From Candidatus Velthaea sp. (GTDB lineage: Bacteria > Vulcanimicrobiota > Vulcanimicrobiia > Vulcanimicrobiales > Vulcanimicrobiaceae), in contig CBDCCS010000021.1 in assembly GCA_965214935.1 (NCBI GenBank), positions 353,772-417,771 of the forward strand: 64,000 nt of DNA, given 5' to 3'. Below the pieces are notes generated by a model that saw nothing but the letters and a program-made list of their open reading frames with translations, searched no databases and was not told the DNA's origin. Below are positions 36,978 to 48,539 of this stretch, piece by piece (positions within the stretch are counted from its first letter, which is position 1; the number at the start of each line of letters is the position of its first letter). Made by a program: the position numbers and the translations under genes.

Positions 36978-37043
36978 CTATCCGCTCTACGAAGACGAGC
37001 GCGGCAAACTCCTGAGAATCGGCAGAGAAACCAGTCGCGCCTA

Positions 37044-39027
<1,984 letters not shown>

Positions 39028-39099
39028 CCCAAACTGCAGCGTTCGACATTCGATGCGCTGATGACTTTCACGCCTCCGGCGCGTCCCGGATCGCGCGTT

Positions 39100-39954
39100 T
39101 TAACGCGTTTGTTCGACCGCACGAATGAAGTCGTAAAGTTCGCCTAATGCGTTGCGCCGCACCGGAGAATCCATCTCGAGTCGCTTCGGATCGATCTTCG
39201 TTTCGAGCAGCACGTACGAACTTGCAATTTTGCGTAAACGAACGCGCTCCGGTGGAATTGGCCGGGGTAGCGCCGCGCGTTTACGCGCGAGCGTCATTTC
39301 ATCCCACCAGGTGCGCAGCAGACGCCGCCGGATCGTATCGTAGGCAACAGCATCGAGTCCCGGCAACGTGTCGAGGACTTCTTGCGGAGCGAGCCACGGC
39401 GCGTCGAAGAGCAGCCGCTGACAACGCGCTTCGGTTTCCGCGCGCGCCCAGTCGGAACACGGCCGGCAATGCCGCGTGCCGACGACCGGTGCGGCGCACT
39501 CGAGGCAAAACCCGCCGCCGCGGCGTTGGTGTTCGGCCCGCGAACGCTCGACGGCTGCCCGAAACCTGGCCAGCGCTTCAGGGGCCGTCCGCGCCGCCGG
39601 CCGCACACCGGCCGCAGGAAGCGCAGGTCGCAGCGTGGCCGGCGCGCGCCGGATACCACGCACGCTCGTGCGAATCGTGCCGACCCGAAAGCGTAGCCGC
39701 ACGATCGCCGCTGAATCGAGCCGAGCGCGGATCTCACGCAGAATGCGGGGCTCGAGAAATGCCAATTGGTGGCTCCACGCACTCGACGTCGTCATTACCA
39801 CGAGCGCATCGCCGGCGATGGCGACCGGTTGCGCGGCGCGCGCGACGTCGTTGCCGACCAGCCCCGTCCACGCCGCCCGAATAACGCTCAGCGGATCGCC
39901 GCCCGCTGCACGCGGGGTCCAGCCGCTCAGCGCATCGCCGATTCGCGTCAACAC
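39100..39954 (-). CDS. DUF721/DciA-family protein with zinc ribbon and C-terminal extension
   Basis: WTGLVG..VARAAQP..LVV..SSAWSHQL; CLEC..CRPC. Lies between recF and gyrB. Confidence 0.8.
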   Translation of the reverse strand: MLTRIGDALSGWTPRAAGGDPLSVIRAAWTGLVGNDVARAAQPVAIAGDALVVMTTSSAWSHQLAFLEPRILREIRARLDSAAIVRLRFRVGTIRTSVRGIRRAPATLRPALPAAGVRPAARTAPEALARFRAAVERSRAEHQRRGGGFCLECAAPVVGTRHCRPCSDWARAETEARCQRLLFDAPWLAPQEVLDTLPGLDAVAYDTIRRRLLRTWWDEMTLARKRAALPRPIPPERVRLRKIASSYVLLETKIDPKRLEMDSPVRRNALGELYDFIRAVEQTR

Positions 39955-41030
39955 GCCGCACGTACGACGCTGCCGGCAGCGATGGCAAAACTCGTGGCGG
40001 CCGCGGCGAACTGCGCCGGCAATTCAGTCGTCGTCAGAAAGGCTTGTTCGAACGAACCGACCGCTGCAAGAAAGCCGGCCGCACGTCCGGCGTCGAGTTC
40101 CGAGAGCACGTCGTCGAGTAAAAGAATCGGCGCATCTCCCGCCCGTTCGCGCATGATTTCATATTCGGCGACTTTGAGCGCTAATACCGCCGTGCGCTGC
40201 TGGCCTTGCGATCCGTACGCTGCCAGGGACTCCCCGTCGATCCTGAGCCGCATATCGTCGCGCTGCGGGCCGACCAGGGCTTGTCGCCGGCGAATTTCGT
40301 TGTCGACATTGGCCGCGAGCATATCCCCGAGTTCGCCCGAGCCGGTACTTGGAGCGTATTGCACGTCGAGCCGTTCGAGCGTCGTTCGCCAGCGGCCGTA
40401 AACACGCGCCGTGGCGATCTGAAGGTCGCGCACGAAGTGCGCGCGCGCTTTCATGAGCGCCGTACCGGGCGCAAGTAGCGCTTCGTTGTAGGCCAGCAAG
40501 AGTTGGCGATCGGGTGCGACGGCACCGCGCAAAAGTGCGTTTTTCTGCGCGGCAATTTTCGCATAGATTGCCAAGTCACGGTAGTAGACCGGCGATGATT
40601 GCGCGAGTGCTGCGTTCATAAACGTACGCCGTGCCGCAGGTCCGCCCGCGACTAAGCTCAAGTCGGCCGGAACGAACGTTACAACCCGCGCCTTGCCGAG
40701 GAATCGCGCAAAACCGACGGCTGCGCCGTTGACGTCGAAACGTTTGCGGGTCGCACCGGAGCGCGTATCGATCGTGCAGTGCAAACGGATGCGTCCGGCT
40801 GCAATGCGCGCGTCACCGCCGATCTCGGCAAACTGCTCGCCCGTGCGAACGAGCTCGGATTCGCGTTGCGCGCGAAACGATTTACCCGTTGCGAGCATGG
40901 CGATGGCTTCGAGCAAATTCGATTTACCTTGAGCATTGGGACCGACAAAAATATTGAGCCCCGGCGCCGGGTCGACGTCGAGGCTGCGGTAATTACGAAA
41001 ATTCACTAAGCGGACGGTATCGAGCTGCAT
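39948..41030 (-). CDS. recF: DNA replication/repair protein RecF
   Basis: NFRNY, GPNAQGKSNLLEAI, GSQGQQR, LLLDDVLSELD. Confidence 0.97.
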   Translation of the reverse strand: MQLDTVRLVNFRNYRSLDVDPAPGLNIFVGPNAQGKSNLLEAIAMLATGKSFRAQRESELVRTGEQFAEIGGDARIAAGRIRLHCTIDTRSGATRKRFDVNGAAVGFARFLGKARVVTFVPADLSLVAGGPAARRTFMNAALAQSSPVYYRDLAIYAKIAAQKNALLRGAVAPDRQLLLAYNEALLAPGTALMKARAHFVRDLQIATARVYGRWRTTLERLDVQYAPSTGSGELGDMLAANVDNEIRRRQALVGPQRDDMRLRIDGESLAAYGSQGQQRTAVLALKVAEYEIMRERAGDAPILLLDDVLSELDAGRAAGFLAAVGSFEQAFLTTTELPAQFAAAATSFAIAAGSVVRAAC

Positions 41031-41035
41031 CCCGC

Positions 41036-42154
41036 TTATTGACGGAGCGGCATCAATACGTAGAGCTGCTGTCCGCTTTCACTCATTTCCAGCGGACGGA
41101 TCGCGGCCGGCGACAGCGGTCCTAAGAACTCCATGACGACTTGCGGCGAGTCGACATGATTGAGGATCTCGACGAGATAGCGCGCGTTGAACGCGATCGT
41201 CAAATCATCACCGGTCTGCTCGACCTGAATTTCTTCGTACGCATTTCCGGCGATGTCGGAATTGGCCGTAATGATTAACTGGCTGTCGGCAATCGCGACC
41301 TTGACCATCGACGCGCGATCGCCCGCGACCAACTCGGCGCGTCGCAATCCGCCGATCAGGGCGCTCGTGTTGACGGTCACCGAGCGGTCGAACTTGGCCG
41401 GAATGACTTGTTGATAGTTGGGATATTGTCCGTCAACGAGCCGCACGACGATCGACGTTGCGTCGGCGGCGATCGACAGCTGATTCGATTGCGCGCCGAG
41501 TGCCGTTATCTCCAGCGTCTCGCTGCTGCCGATGTTTCGTGCAGCTTCAGCCAAAGCCCGCGACGGCACGATGTACTTGACCGCACCGCCGTCCAAACCG
41601 CGCTGCAAGCGGGCGCTCCATTTCGCGAGCCGGTAGCCATCCGTCGCGACCATGGTTATCATCTCGCCGTCGACCTCGAGCAGCGTCCCCATCAAGACCG
41701 CGCCGCGGGCTTCCTCGCCCGAGGCTGCAAAAATCGTCGCCGTCACGCCTTCCCGAAAGGTCTTGGCTCCAATCTGAAACGTTGCGCCCTTCTGTGCCGC
41801 GGGCAGCGGCGGATATTCATCCGGCGGCAACGCATGAAAATCATAATTCGAGCGTTCGGCTTTGACCGAAGCGCGGGTCGGCGAACCGCTCAGTTCGAGC
41901 AGTCCTGCCGGCAGATTGCCGAGATAGCCGGAGAACAGCTTGGCCGGAACGGTTACTGCACCGGTCTCACTGACTTCGGCCGGAAACGCATGTTCGAGCG
42001 TTAGTTCCAGATCGGTAGCGCGCACGCGGATCGAGCCGTCGTCGGCGGTCAACAAGACATTCGAGAGAATCGGCACGGTCGTGTGCGCGTTGACGATCTT
42101 ACTCGCTGCGCCGACTGCCGACGCAATGTCTTTGGTGCTGCACGTAAACTTCAC
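41036..42154 (-). CDS. dnaN: DNA polymerase III beta sliding clamp
   Basis: PILSNVLL, ATDLE, VATDGYRL, GQYPNY, FNARYL, LMPLR. Start GTG 42154. Confidence 0.97.
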   Translation of the reverse strand: MKFTCSTKDIASAVGAASKIVNAHTTVPILSNVLLTADDGSIRVRATDLELTLEHAFPAEVSETGAVTVPAKLFSGYLGNLPAGLLELSGSPTRASVKAERSNYDFHALPPDEYPPLPAAQKGATFQIGAKTFREGVTATIFAASGEEARGAVLMGTLLEVDGEMITMVATDGYRLAKWSARLQRGLDGGAVKYIVPSRALAEAARNIGSSETLEITALGAQSNQLSIAADATSIVVRLVDGQYPNYQQVIPAKFDRSVTVNTSALIGGLRRAELVAGDRASMVKVAIADSQLIITANSDIAGNAYEEIQVEQTGDDLTIAFNARYLVEILNHVDSPQVVMEFLGPLSPAAIRPLEMSESGQQLYVLMPLRQ

Positions 42155-42190
42155 TCGTCGTTCACCGATCCGTCGCTTCGGCGACGCGTG

Positions 42191-42358
42191 TTTTTCAAAT
42201 GATATAAAGTTCGTCGTCGTAGTAGTAAGGCGGTGCGAAACGTGGACAACGGCGGAAAGACCGTAACGACGCGCTTTGCGCCACCTTAGCGGCTGTGTAG
42301 ACTGCAGCCGAACAATCCACCACATTCACCGATCACGCGCCGGATCGGTTTATCCACC
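42191..42358. other. oriC: oriC unwinding region: AT cluster, DnaA-trios and DnaA boxes
   Basis: Minus strand reads TTGTCCACG-TTTCGCACC-GCC-TTACTACTACGACGACGA-ACTTTATATCATTTGAAAAA just upstream of dnaN. A further box TTATCCACC lies at 42350-42358. Confidence 0.85.
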
Positions 42359-42418
42359 CCCGGCGGGTCGCCCTGTGGCGATGATTCGGTGAACGCCGGG
42401 GATTGCGGGCGCTGCGGC

Positions 42419-43789
42419 TCATTCGGTCTGACACAATGCGATGAGCGAACGCACTTTGTTCCGATACGCCTCATCGCGCGCCATAATGTCCTTGACCTTA
42501 TCGCGGGCGTACATCACCGTCGTGTGGTCTTTCTTACCGAACTCGCGCGCAATCTGCGGCAACGAGCAATCGGTGAGTTCGGCGGCAATATACATAGCGA
42601 TGTGACGCGGCGCAGCCAGCCGCTGATCGCGACGCGGATTATCCATCTCCTTGACCGATAGGCCGTGGGCCTTGGCAACGCGATCTTTGATGAGCGGAAT
42701 CGTAATGCGATGGATCGGCGCCTGTGCAACGGCGTCCTTAAGCGCTTCGGCGGCGAGATCGACGGAAATGGCCGATTGGGTCAGCGATGCAAAGGCCACA
42801 ACCCGGATCAACGAACCTTCAAGCTCGCGAATATTGGAAGGAATGACCTTGGCGATGAACGACGTCACCTCGTCGGGCACCGGAATCTTTTCGGTCTCGG
42901 CTTTTTTTCGCAAAATTGCTTCGCGGGTCTCGAGGTCGGGCGGCTGGATATCGGTGAGCAAGCCCCACTCGAACCGCGAGCGCAAGCGCGACTCGAGCGT
43001 TTGGATTTCCTTCGGTGGACGGTCACTTGAAATCACGAGCTGTTTTTGCGCTTCATGCAGCGAGTTGAAGGTGTGGAAAAACTCTTCTTGGGTTTGCTCC
43101 TTGCCTTCCAAAAACTGGATGTCGTCGATCAATAAAACGTCGACGTGACGGTAGCGATTGCGAAACTCGACGGTCTGGTTGTTCTTGATTGCGATGATGA
43201 ATTCGTTGGTAAACTTTTCGCTCGAGACATACACGATATTGGCATTCGGATTGGCGGCGATTACCCGGTGACCGATGGCGTGCATGAGATGGGTTTTGCC
43301 TAGTCCGACACCGCCGTAGAGGAACAGCGGATTATAGGCCTTAGCTGGGGCCTCTGCGACGGCTTGCGAGGCGGCATGCGCGAAGCGGTTACTATTGCCC
43401 ACGACGAATTCGTCGAACGAATAACGCGGATTCAGATTGCCCAGGCGCAACTCTTCGGTCGGCAGCAGTGCCGCCGACTGCTGAGCCGACATGCCGAGCC
43501 GGTTTTCCGGCGACGTCCCGGCTGACTCGGCTACGATAAATCGGAGTGCAATATCTTCACCGAGCAGCCCACCCAGAACGCTTGCGATATCGTTCTTGAG
43601 CCGGTTCTCGACCCAGTCTCGGGCGAAATTCGAGTGCACCGACAAAACGATTTCGGCCGGTCCTAGTTCGACAAGGCGCATCGGCTTGAGCCACATCTCG
43701 AAAATCGGCTTCGAGTATTTTCGATCGAGCTGTTCGAGCGCCGCATTCCAAAGTTCGGCGGTTCCGGCCGTTCCAATCGCACTGCTCAT
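42419..43789 (-). CDS. dnaA: Chromosomal replication initiator DnaA
   Basis: YNPLFLYGGVGLGKTHL, LLIDDIQF, RLRSRF, NIRELEG, KDHTTVMYA. Confidence 0.98.
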   Translation of the reverse strand: MSSAIGTAGTAELWNAALEQLDRKYSKPIFEMWLKPMRLVELGPAEIVLSVHSNFARDWVENRLKNDIASVLGGLLGEDIALRFIVAESAGTSPENRLGMSAQQSAALLPTEELRLGNLNPRYSFDEFVVGNSNRFAHAASQAVAEAPAKAYNPLFLYGGVGLGKTHLMHAIGHRVIAANPNANIVYVSSEKFTNEFIIAIKNNQTVEFRNRYRHVDVLLIDDIQFLEGKEQTQEEFFHTFNSLHEAQKQLVISSDRPPKEIQTLESRLRSRFEWGLLTDIQPPDLETREAILRKKAETEKIPVPDEVTSFIAKVIPSNIRELEGSLIRVVAFASLTQSAISVDLAAEALKDAVAQAPIHRITIPLIKDRVAKAHGLSVKEMDNPRRDQRLAAPRHIAMYIAAELTDCSLPQIAREFGKKDHTTVMYARDKVKDIMARDEAYRNKVRSLIALCQTE

Positions 43790-43913
43790 ACCATCAACCT
43801 GCCATCCGGCCCGACGGGCCGCTACTCGAAGTATCGCCGTCTAAGGGACGGTAAAGATGAGCCTCTCGGATTGGCCCGGCGACACCCGCTTCCTGCGGCG
43901 CAGCAGCGCGATT

Positions 43914-44088
43914 TTGTCCACTTATCCACAGGCCTAAAAACGCTCAGGAACCCTATCTTTACAGGGTTTTCAGGAGTTGTTCGCAGCCGAAAATAAGCGG
44001 ATAACCGGGCAGGAATCCGTATGGTTTGGGCGTTTGCCGGGCACCGGTCGGGCGGCTTCTCCACAGTCTTCTCCACACGTGTGGAGAA
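43914..44088. promoter_or_regulatory. DnaA-box cluster upstream of dnaA
   Basis: TTGTCCACT 43914-43922, perfect TTATCCACA 43922-43930, TTCTCCACA 44057-44065 and 44069-44077, inverted TGTGGAGAA 44080-44088. Confidence 0.85.
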
Positions 44089-44180
44089 CGTGCCGGAGAT
44101 GGCAGCAGGAAGGTCCCCAAATTGAGGTATGTGAGGCTGATCAACCGGGCCGCTCGCTGCGTCTCACGGTTACCCGTCAC

Positions 44181-44210
44181 TTGACCGGCGGCGCCACCCA
44201 GCCGTATACT
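44181..44210 (+). promoter_or_regulatory. Sigma70-type promoter of the rpmH operon
   Basis: TTGACC (44181-44186), 18-nt spacer, TATACT (44205-44210). Confidence 0.7.
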
Positions 44211-44259
44211 GGACCGCTGCCGCTTCAACGGCGCTTTGTATGTTTGGAGTAGTCGTCTC

Positions 44260-44394
44260 GTGAAACGCACTTTTCAACCTCATAACCGCCGGCGCAAGCG
44301 CGTTCACGGCTTTTTATCGCGTATGGCCACGAAGAACGGGCGTCGAGTCATCGCGGCGCGCCGTAAAAAAGGACGCAAGCGGCTTACCGTCTGA
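44260..44394 (+). CDS. rpmH: 50S ribosomal protein L34
   Basis: Too short for the track. Manual translation [44 protein letters not shown], with SD GGAG. Confidence 0.98.
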   Translation: MKRTFQPHNRRRKRVHGFLSRMATKNGRRVIAARRKKGRKRLTV

Positions 44395-44409
44395 CCGCCC
44401 CGCACCCCG

Positions 44410-44733
44410 GTGAGAGCCTATCGGTCGTTACGGCGCCGCTCCGATGTTATGCGTGTGTCTCGCCGCGGACGCCGTTTGGGCGGCAAGCTCGTGACTTGCC
44501 TGATGCTTGACGGCCGGGAGTATACGCGAATCGCCATCACCGTGAGTGCTCAGGTCGGCGGCGCCGTTGCACGCAACCGGCTGCGCCGCCGAATACAGGC
44601 AATCTTGGACCGGTACACCTTCGAGGAGCGGCCGCGACGCGACGTCGTTTTTATCGCTCGTCCCGGAGCCGCCGAGCTGAGCTTCGCGGAACTGGGCGTT
44701 GAGGTCGAACGGAGCTTCGGGCCGCCGCCGTGA
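44410..44733 (+). CDS. rnpA: Ribonuclease P protein component
   Basis: [13 protein letters not shown] (RNR motif); follows rpmH. Confidence 0.92.
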   Translation: MRAYRSLRRRSDVMRVSRRGRRLGGKLVTCLMLDGREYTRIAITVSAQVGGAVARNRLRRRIQAILDRYTFEERPRRDVVFIARPGAAELSFAELGVEVERSFGPPP

Positions 44734-44963
44734 AGATCGCAGATGCGGCGGTCGTTACGATGTTGCAGGTTTACAAGGCTGTGATTTCACCGCTTCTCCC
44801 GCCGGCCTGCCGCTTTTTACCGACATGTTCGAGTTACGCCGTCGAGGCGATCGAGAAACATGGCGCTGGTCGCGGGATAGTACTTGCCGCACGGCGCCTG
44901 GGGCGCTGCCACCCTTTGCACCCGGGCGGATTCGACCCCGTCCCGGCGCCATCACGAAAGTAG
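44730..44963 (+). CDS. yidD: Membrane protein insertion efficiency factor YidD
   Basis: [33 protein letters not shown]. Confidence 0.95.
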   Translation: MKIADAAVVTMLQVYKAVISPLLPPACRFLPTCSSYAVEAIEKHGAGRGIVLAARRLGRCHPLHPGGFDPVPAPSRK

Positions 44964-44976
44964 AGTCCCCGTAGGC

Positions 44977-45810
44977 GTGGGCAATTTTTTCCACCAGTTG
45001 ATCGTCCCGCTCGTTGCTGCGATGAGCTGGGTATTGACCGAAATCCATCACTTCGTTCCGTCGTACGGGTGGAGCCTAATTCTGCTGGCGCTCGTCGTTC
45101 GATTGGCGCTCTGGCCGCTGTCCCAAGCGCAATTCAAGTCGATGGCGCAAATGCAGAAGCTGCAGCCGCTCATCAAAGCGTTGCAAGCGAAGCACAAGGG
45201 CGACCCGACCAAACTCAACACCGAGATGATGGGGCTCTATAAAGAGCACAAGGTCAATCCGCTTGCCGGATGCTTTCCGGTCGTGCTCCAACTGCCGATC
45301 CTCATCGCGTTGTATTGGTCCATTCAAGGTCGCCTCGGCGACTTTGCCAACGAGCATTTCGCCTGGATCGGCTCTGCGCTGTCGCTAAAATACCCCGCAA
45401 TTCTAGGCACCAGCCTCGCAACGACCGATATGATTTTGCTCGCGCTTTACGTAATCTCGATGTACTTGAGCGTACGCTACGGCAGTCCGCCGTCGACCGA
45501 TCCGCAACAAGCGCAGACGCAGAAAATTATGGCCTTCGTATCGCCGGCGATGATTGCATACATCGGTCTGCGTTACCACTGGGCGTCCGCGCTGATCCTT
45601 TACTGGCTGTCGATCAACGTTTTCACCATGGGTCAGCAGCTGTTTTTATATCGGCGTTACGGTCTTGTGGGTCCGCGCGCGGCGGCCACCGCCGCCGTTG
45701 CGCCGATCGTCGTGACGACGTCCAATGGTCCAAAGAACGTCACGCCGAAAAGCGGCGGCAACGGGCAAGCCGGGAACGGCCGCTCGAAAAAGCGCAGCCT
45801 TAAACGTTGA
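44977..45810 (+). CDS. yidC: YidC/Oxa1 membrane protein insertase (short form)
   Basis: YGWSLILL, MQKLQP, NPLAGCFPVVLQLPI, LILYW. Start GTG 44977. Confidence 0.93.
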   Translation: MGNFFHQLIVPLVAAMSWVLTEIHHFVPSYGWSLILLALVVRLALWPLSQAQFKSMAQMQKLQPLIKALQAKHKGDPTKLNTEMMGLYKEHKVNPLAGCFPVVLQLPILIALYWSIQGRLGDFANEHFAWIGSALSLKYPAILGTSLATTDMILLALYVISMYLSVRYGSPPSTDPQQAQTQKIMAFVSPAMIAYIGLRYHWASALILYWLSINVFTMGQQLFLYRRYGLVGPRAAATAAVAPIVVTTSNGPKNVTPKSGGNGQAGNGRSKKRSLKR

Positions 45811-45813
45811 CGC

Positions 45814-46461
45814 TTGTCGGCGCGAGAAACGGATAGTGCAGTGAACGATGATTTCTCAGGCGGCGACGCGGCCGCACGCCGCGGTCAGCGACAACGCGGA
45901 AGCCGGCCACCCGCGTCGCCGGGCGCCGGTTCGCGCGGCCCAAGAACCGAAGCCGGACGCCGGCCGTTCGCGCGGCGGGAGCCGGTTCCGGGTAGTATCG
46001 AGCCGGATGATGCGAAGCCGGCGCGCGCCTTACTTGAAGAGATCCTTATGCGCATGGGCTTGCGCGATATTGAGATCGTGTTCATTTCGCGCTCCGAAGG
46101 CGAGTATTTTGAAGTGCGCGGTCCGGATCTCGCAAATTTGATCGGTCGGCACGGCAACACGCTGGAAGCCGTTAATCTCATTTTCAATAATGTCGTAAAC
46201 GTCGGCGTTCGGACGAATCGCCGTTACTATACCATCGACGCCGAAGGCTATCGCGCACGCCGGGCCGATCAGCTCAAAACGCTTGCGTTGGCGACTCTCG
46301 AACGAGTCGTGCGTGAAAACACCCGGGTTGAACTCGAGCCGATGTTGCCGTCCGAGCGAAAGATCGTCCATCTCGCGCTCGCCGATTCTCCGTTCGTCCG
46401 AACCGAGTCTGAAGGCGTGGAACCCGAGCGGCGTCTCGTCGTTTTCCCCAAGGAGCAGTAG
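45814..46461 (+). CDS. jag: Jag/KhpB (EloR) RNA-binding protein, KH + R3H
   Basis: LIGRHGNTLEA, DAEGYR, LEPMLPSERKIVH, SEGVEPER. Confidence 0.88.
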   Translation: MSARETDSAVNDDFSGGDAAARRGQRQRGSRPPASPGAGSRGPRTEAGRRPFARREPVPGSIEPDDAKPARALLEEILMRMGLRDIEIVFISRSEGEYFEVRGPDLANLIGRHGNTLEAVNLIFNNVVNVGVRTNRRYYTIDAEGYRARRADQLKTLALATLERVVRENTRVELEPMLPSERKIVHLALADSPFVRTESEGVEPERRLVVFPKEQ

Positions 46462-46483
46462 CGCCGCGACATTCGATGGGGCA

Positions 46484-47842
46484 ATGATGGGTGCGCTCGA
46501 TACGATCGCGGCAATCGCAACGCCGCCCGGGACGGGAGCAATTGCCATTGTCCGATGTAGCGGGCCGCAGGCTCGACAGATCGCCGCACGCGTCTTCCGA
46601 ACTTCCGCGCCCTTGCGCAACCGGATTGCGACGTACGGCCGCATTGTCGACGCGCATGGAGCCCTACTCGACCGCGGCCTCGCCATTGCAATGGACGCGC
46701 CGCAAAGCGCGACGGGCGAACATGTCGTGGAGTTGCACGTGCATGGCTCGCCGATTGTTGCTCGTGAGACGCTTGCCGGCTTACTCGCGGCCGGAGCGCG
46801 GTTAGCCGAACCGGGCGAATTTACGCGCCGGGCCTATGAGAACGGCAAGCTGGACTTGAGCGCCGCCGAAGCGGTCGCTGACCTCATCGGCGCTGAGTCG
46901 CGCGCCGCCGTGCAAGCCGCCGCCGCCAATCTCAACGGCGGCGTCCGGCGACTTATTCGTGAAATAGAACGCGCGTTAGCCGTCGTGTCCGAAGAGCTTG
47001 CTGGTGCCATCGACTTCCCTGACGAGGTCGCCGCGCCGGATCCGGCCGGGTTGCAAGAGCGTATTGCTTCGCTAACCGCCCAGTTAACCGCGCTCGTCGA
47101 TGACAGCGAACGCGGACGGTTGATTCGCGAGGGCGTCGGCGTGGCAATCGTCGGCCCGCCGAACGCCGGCAAATCCTCGTTACTCAATGCGCTCGTCGGC
47201 GAAGAACGGGCGATCGTCTCGCGGTTCGCCGGCACGACCCGCGACACGATCGAGGAAGCTTTGGTCATCGACGGCGTCAGGGTTCGAGCGATCGATACTG
47301 CGGGGTTGCGGATCAGCGCAGACCCTATCGAGCGAATCGGAATCGATCGGGCCCGTTCCGCCATGGCCACAGCGACAATCGCGCTCGTCGTCGTCGACGG
47401 CTCGCAACCGCTCGACCGCGAATCGGTCGACGTCCTAAACCAAACACGCGCTCGTCCTCGCGTGGTCTTTTTCAATAAGCGCGATCTCGGCACGATCGGA
47501 TTCAATGCCCGGGCAACGCCCGAACGCGAAGCCCTCAGTGGATCGGTGTTCGAGGAAGAAGCCCTACATGCGGTTCGCCGTTCGATCGCCGCTGCCGGAT
47601 GGGGCGGCGAGCGCATCGACGGCGCTCGCCCGTACCTTGCCGGTGCTCGTCAGACGCAAGCGGTGCTTCGCGCTCGCGATGCATTGAACGCTGCAGCCCA
47701 AACGCTCTCTAATAATGCGCCGCCCGACCTCATCAGCGGCGATCTCCTTGCAGCAGCCGCGGCGATAGCCGAAGTTAGCGGAGGCGCCGCGACGGAAGCC
47801 TTACTGGACGGAATCTTTGCCCGTTTTTGCATCGGCAAATAG
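46484..47842 (+). CDS. mnmE: tRNA modification GTPase MnmE
   Basis: DTIAAIAT, PGEFTRRA, GPPNAGKSS, GTTRD, DTAG, NKRD, FCIGK. Confidence 0.97.
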   Translation: MMGALDTIAAIATPPGTGAIAIVRCSGPQARQIAARVFRTSAPLRNRIATYGRIVDAHGALLDRGLAIAMDAPQSATGEHVVELHVHGSPIVARETLAGLLAAGARLAEPGEFTRRAYENGKLDLSAAEAVADLIGAESRAAVQAAAANLNGGVRRLIREIERALAVVSEELAGAIDFPDEVAAPDPAGLQERIASLTAQLTALVDDSERGRLIREGVGVAIVGPPNAGKSSLLNALVGEERAIVSRFAGTTRDTIEEALVIDGVRVRAIDTAGLRISADPIERIGIDRARSAMATATIALVVVDGSQPLDRESVDVLNQTRARPRVVFFNKRDLGTIGFNARATPEREALSGSVFEEEALHAVRRSIAAAGWGGERIDGARPYLAGARQTQAVLRARDALNAAAQTLSNNAPPDLISGDLLAAAAAIAEVSGGAATEALLDGIFARFCIGK

Positions 47843-47864
47843 CTGGGAGATCGCCTCGTGCACG

Positions 47865-48434
47865 TTACGAGATTGCAAGCAGCGGCTTACGCGCGCCCGC
47901 AAAAAGCGCCAACATCCGCTCGTTGAACTCCGGGATATCGGCTGGTTGACGGCTGGTGAGGAGATTTCCGTCGTTCACCGTCGGCTGGTCGATCCACGTT
48001 CCGCCGGCATTCTCAATATCGTCGTGAATGGTATGGAAGCTGGTGAGCGTCCGGCCTTCGAGGAGATCGGCCGATGCAAGTAGCCACGGAGCATGACAAA
48101 TCGCCGCGATCGGTTTATCCGCGTTATCGAACGCTGCTGCAAACGCTTGTGCTTCCGGTACGACACGCAGAGCGTCGGCATTAAGCGCGCCGCCCGGTAG
48201 TAGCAGCGCGTCGTAATCGTCGGGCGTGACATCGGCGAACGTCTTGTCGACAGTAATCTTGATCGTCGGAACGAGACGGTCGAACGCCTGTAGATCGGCG
48301 CGATCGTGCGAGATGATTTCAACCGTTGCACCGGCTTGGCGTAACGCATCGACCGGAGCGGTCAGCTCTGCTGCTTCCACGCCGTCCATGGCCAAAACCG
48401 CCACGCGAATCGCTTCAAGTTCATAATTCCCCAT
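47865..48434 (-). CDS. PfpI/DJ-1 family protein (type 1 glutamine amidotransferase-like)
   Basis: DGVEAAEL, YDALLLPGG, AAICHAPW, LLTSRQPADIP. Start ATG 48434. Confidence 0.92.
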   Translation of the reverse strand: MGNYELEAIRVAVLAMDGVEAAELTAPVDALRQAGATVEIISHDRADLQAFDRLVPTIKITVDKTFADVTPDDYDALLLPGGALNADALRVVPEAQAFAAAFDNADKPIAAICHAPWLLASADLLEGRTLTSFHTIHDDIENAGGTWIDQPTVNDGNLLTSRQPADIPEFNERMLALFAGARKPLLAIS

Positions 48435-48539
48435 GCGGCGGTCTTCCGCAAACGTGCGCAAGACTCGTTCTTTTGCGTGCAACGTTTCAGATGCGATCGA
48501 GTTTGACGCTGACTCGCGAACGAATGGGGCGATGGAGAC

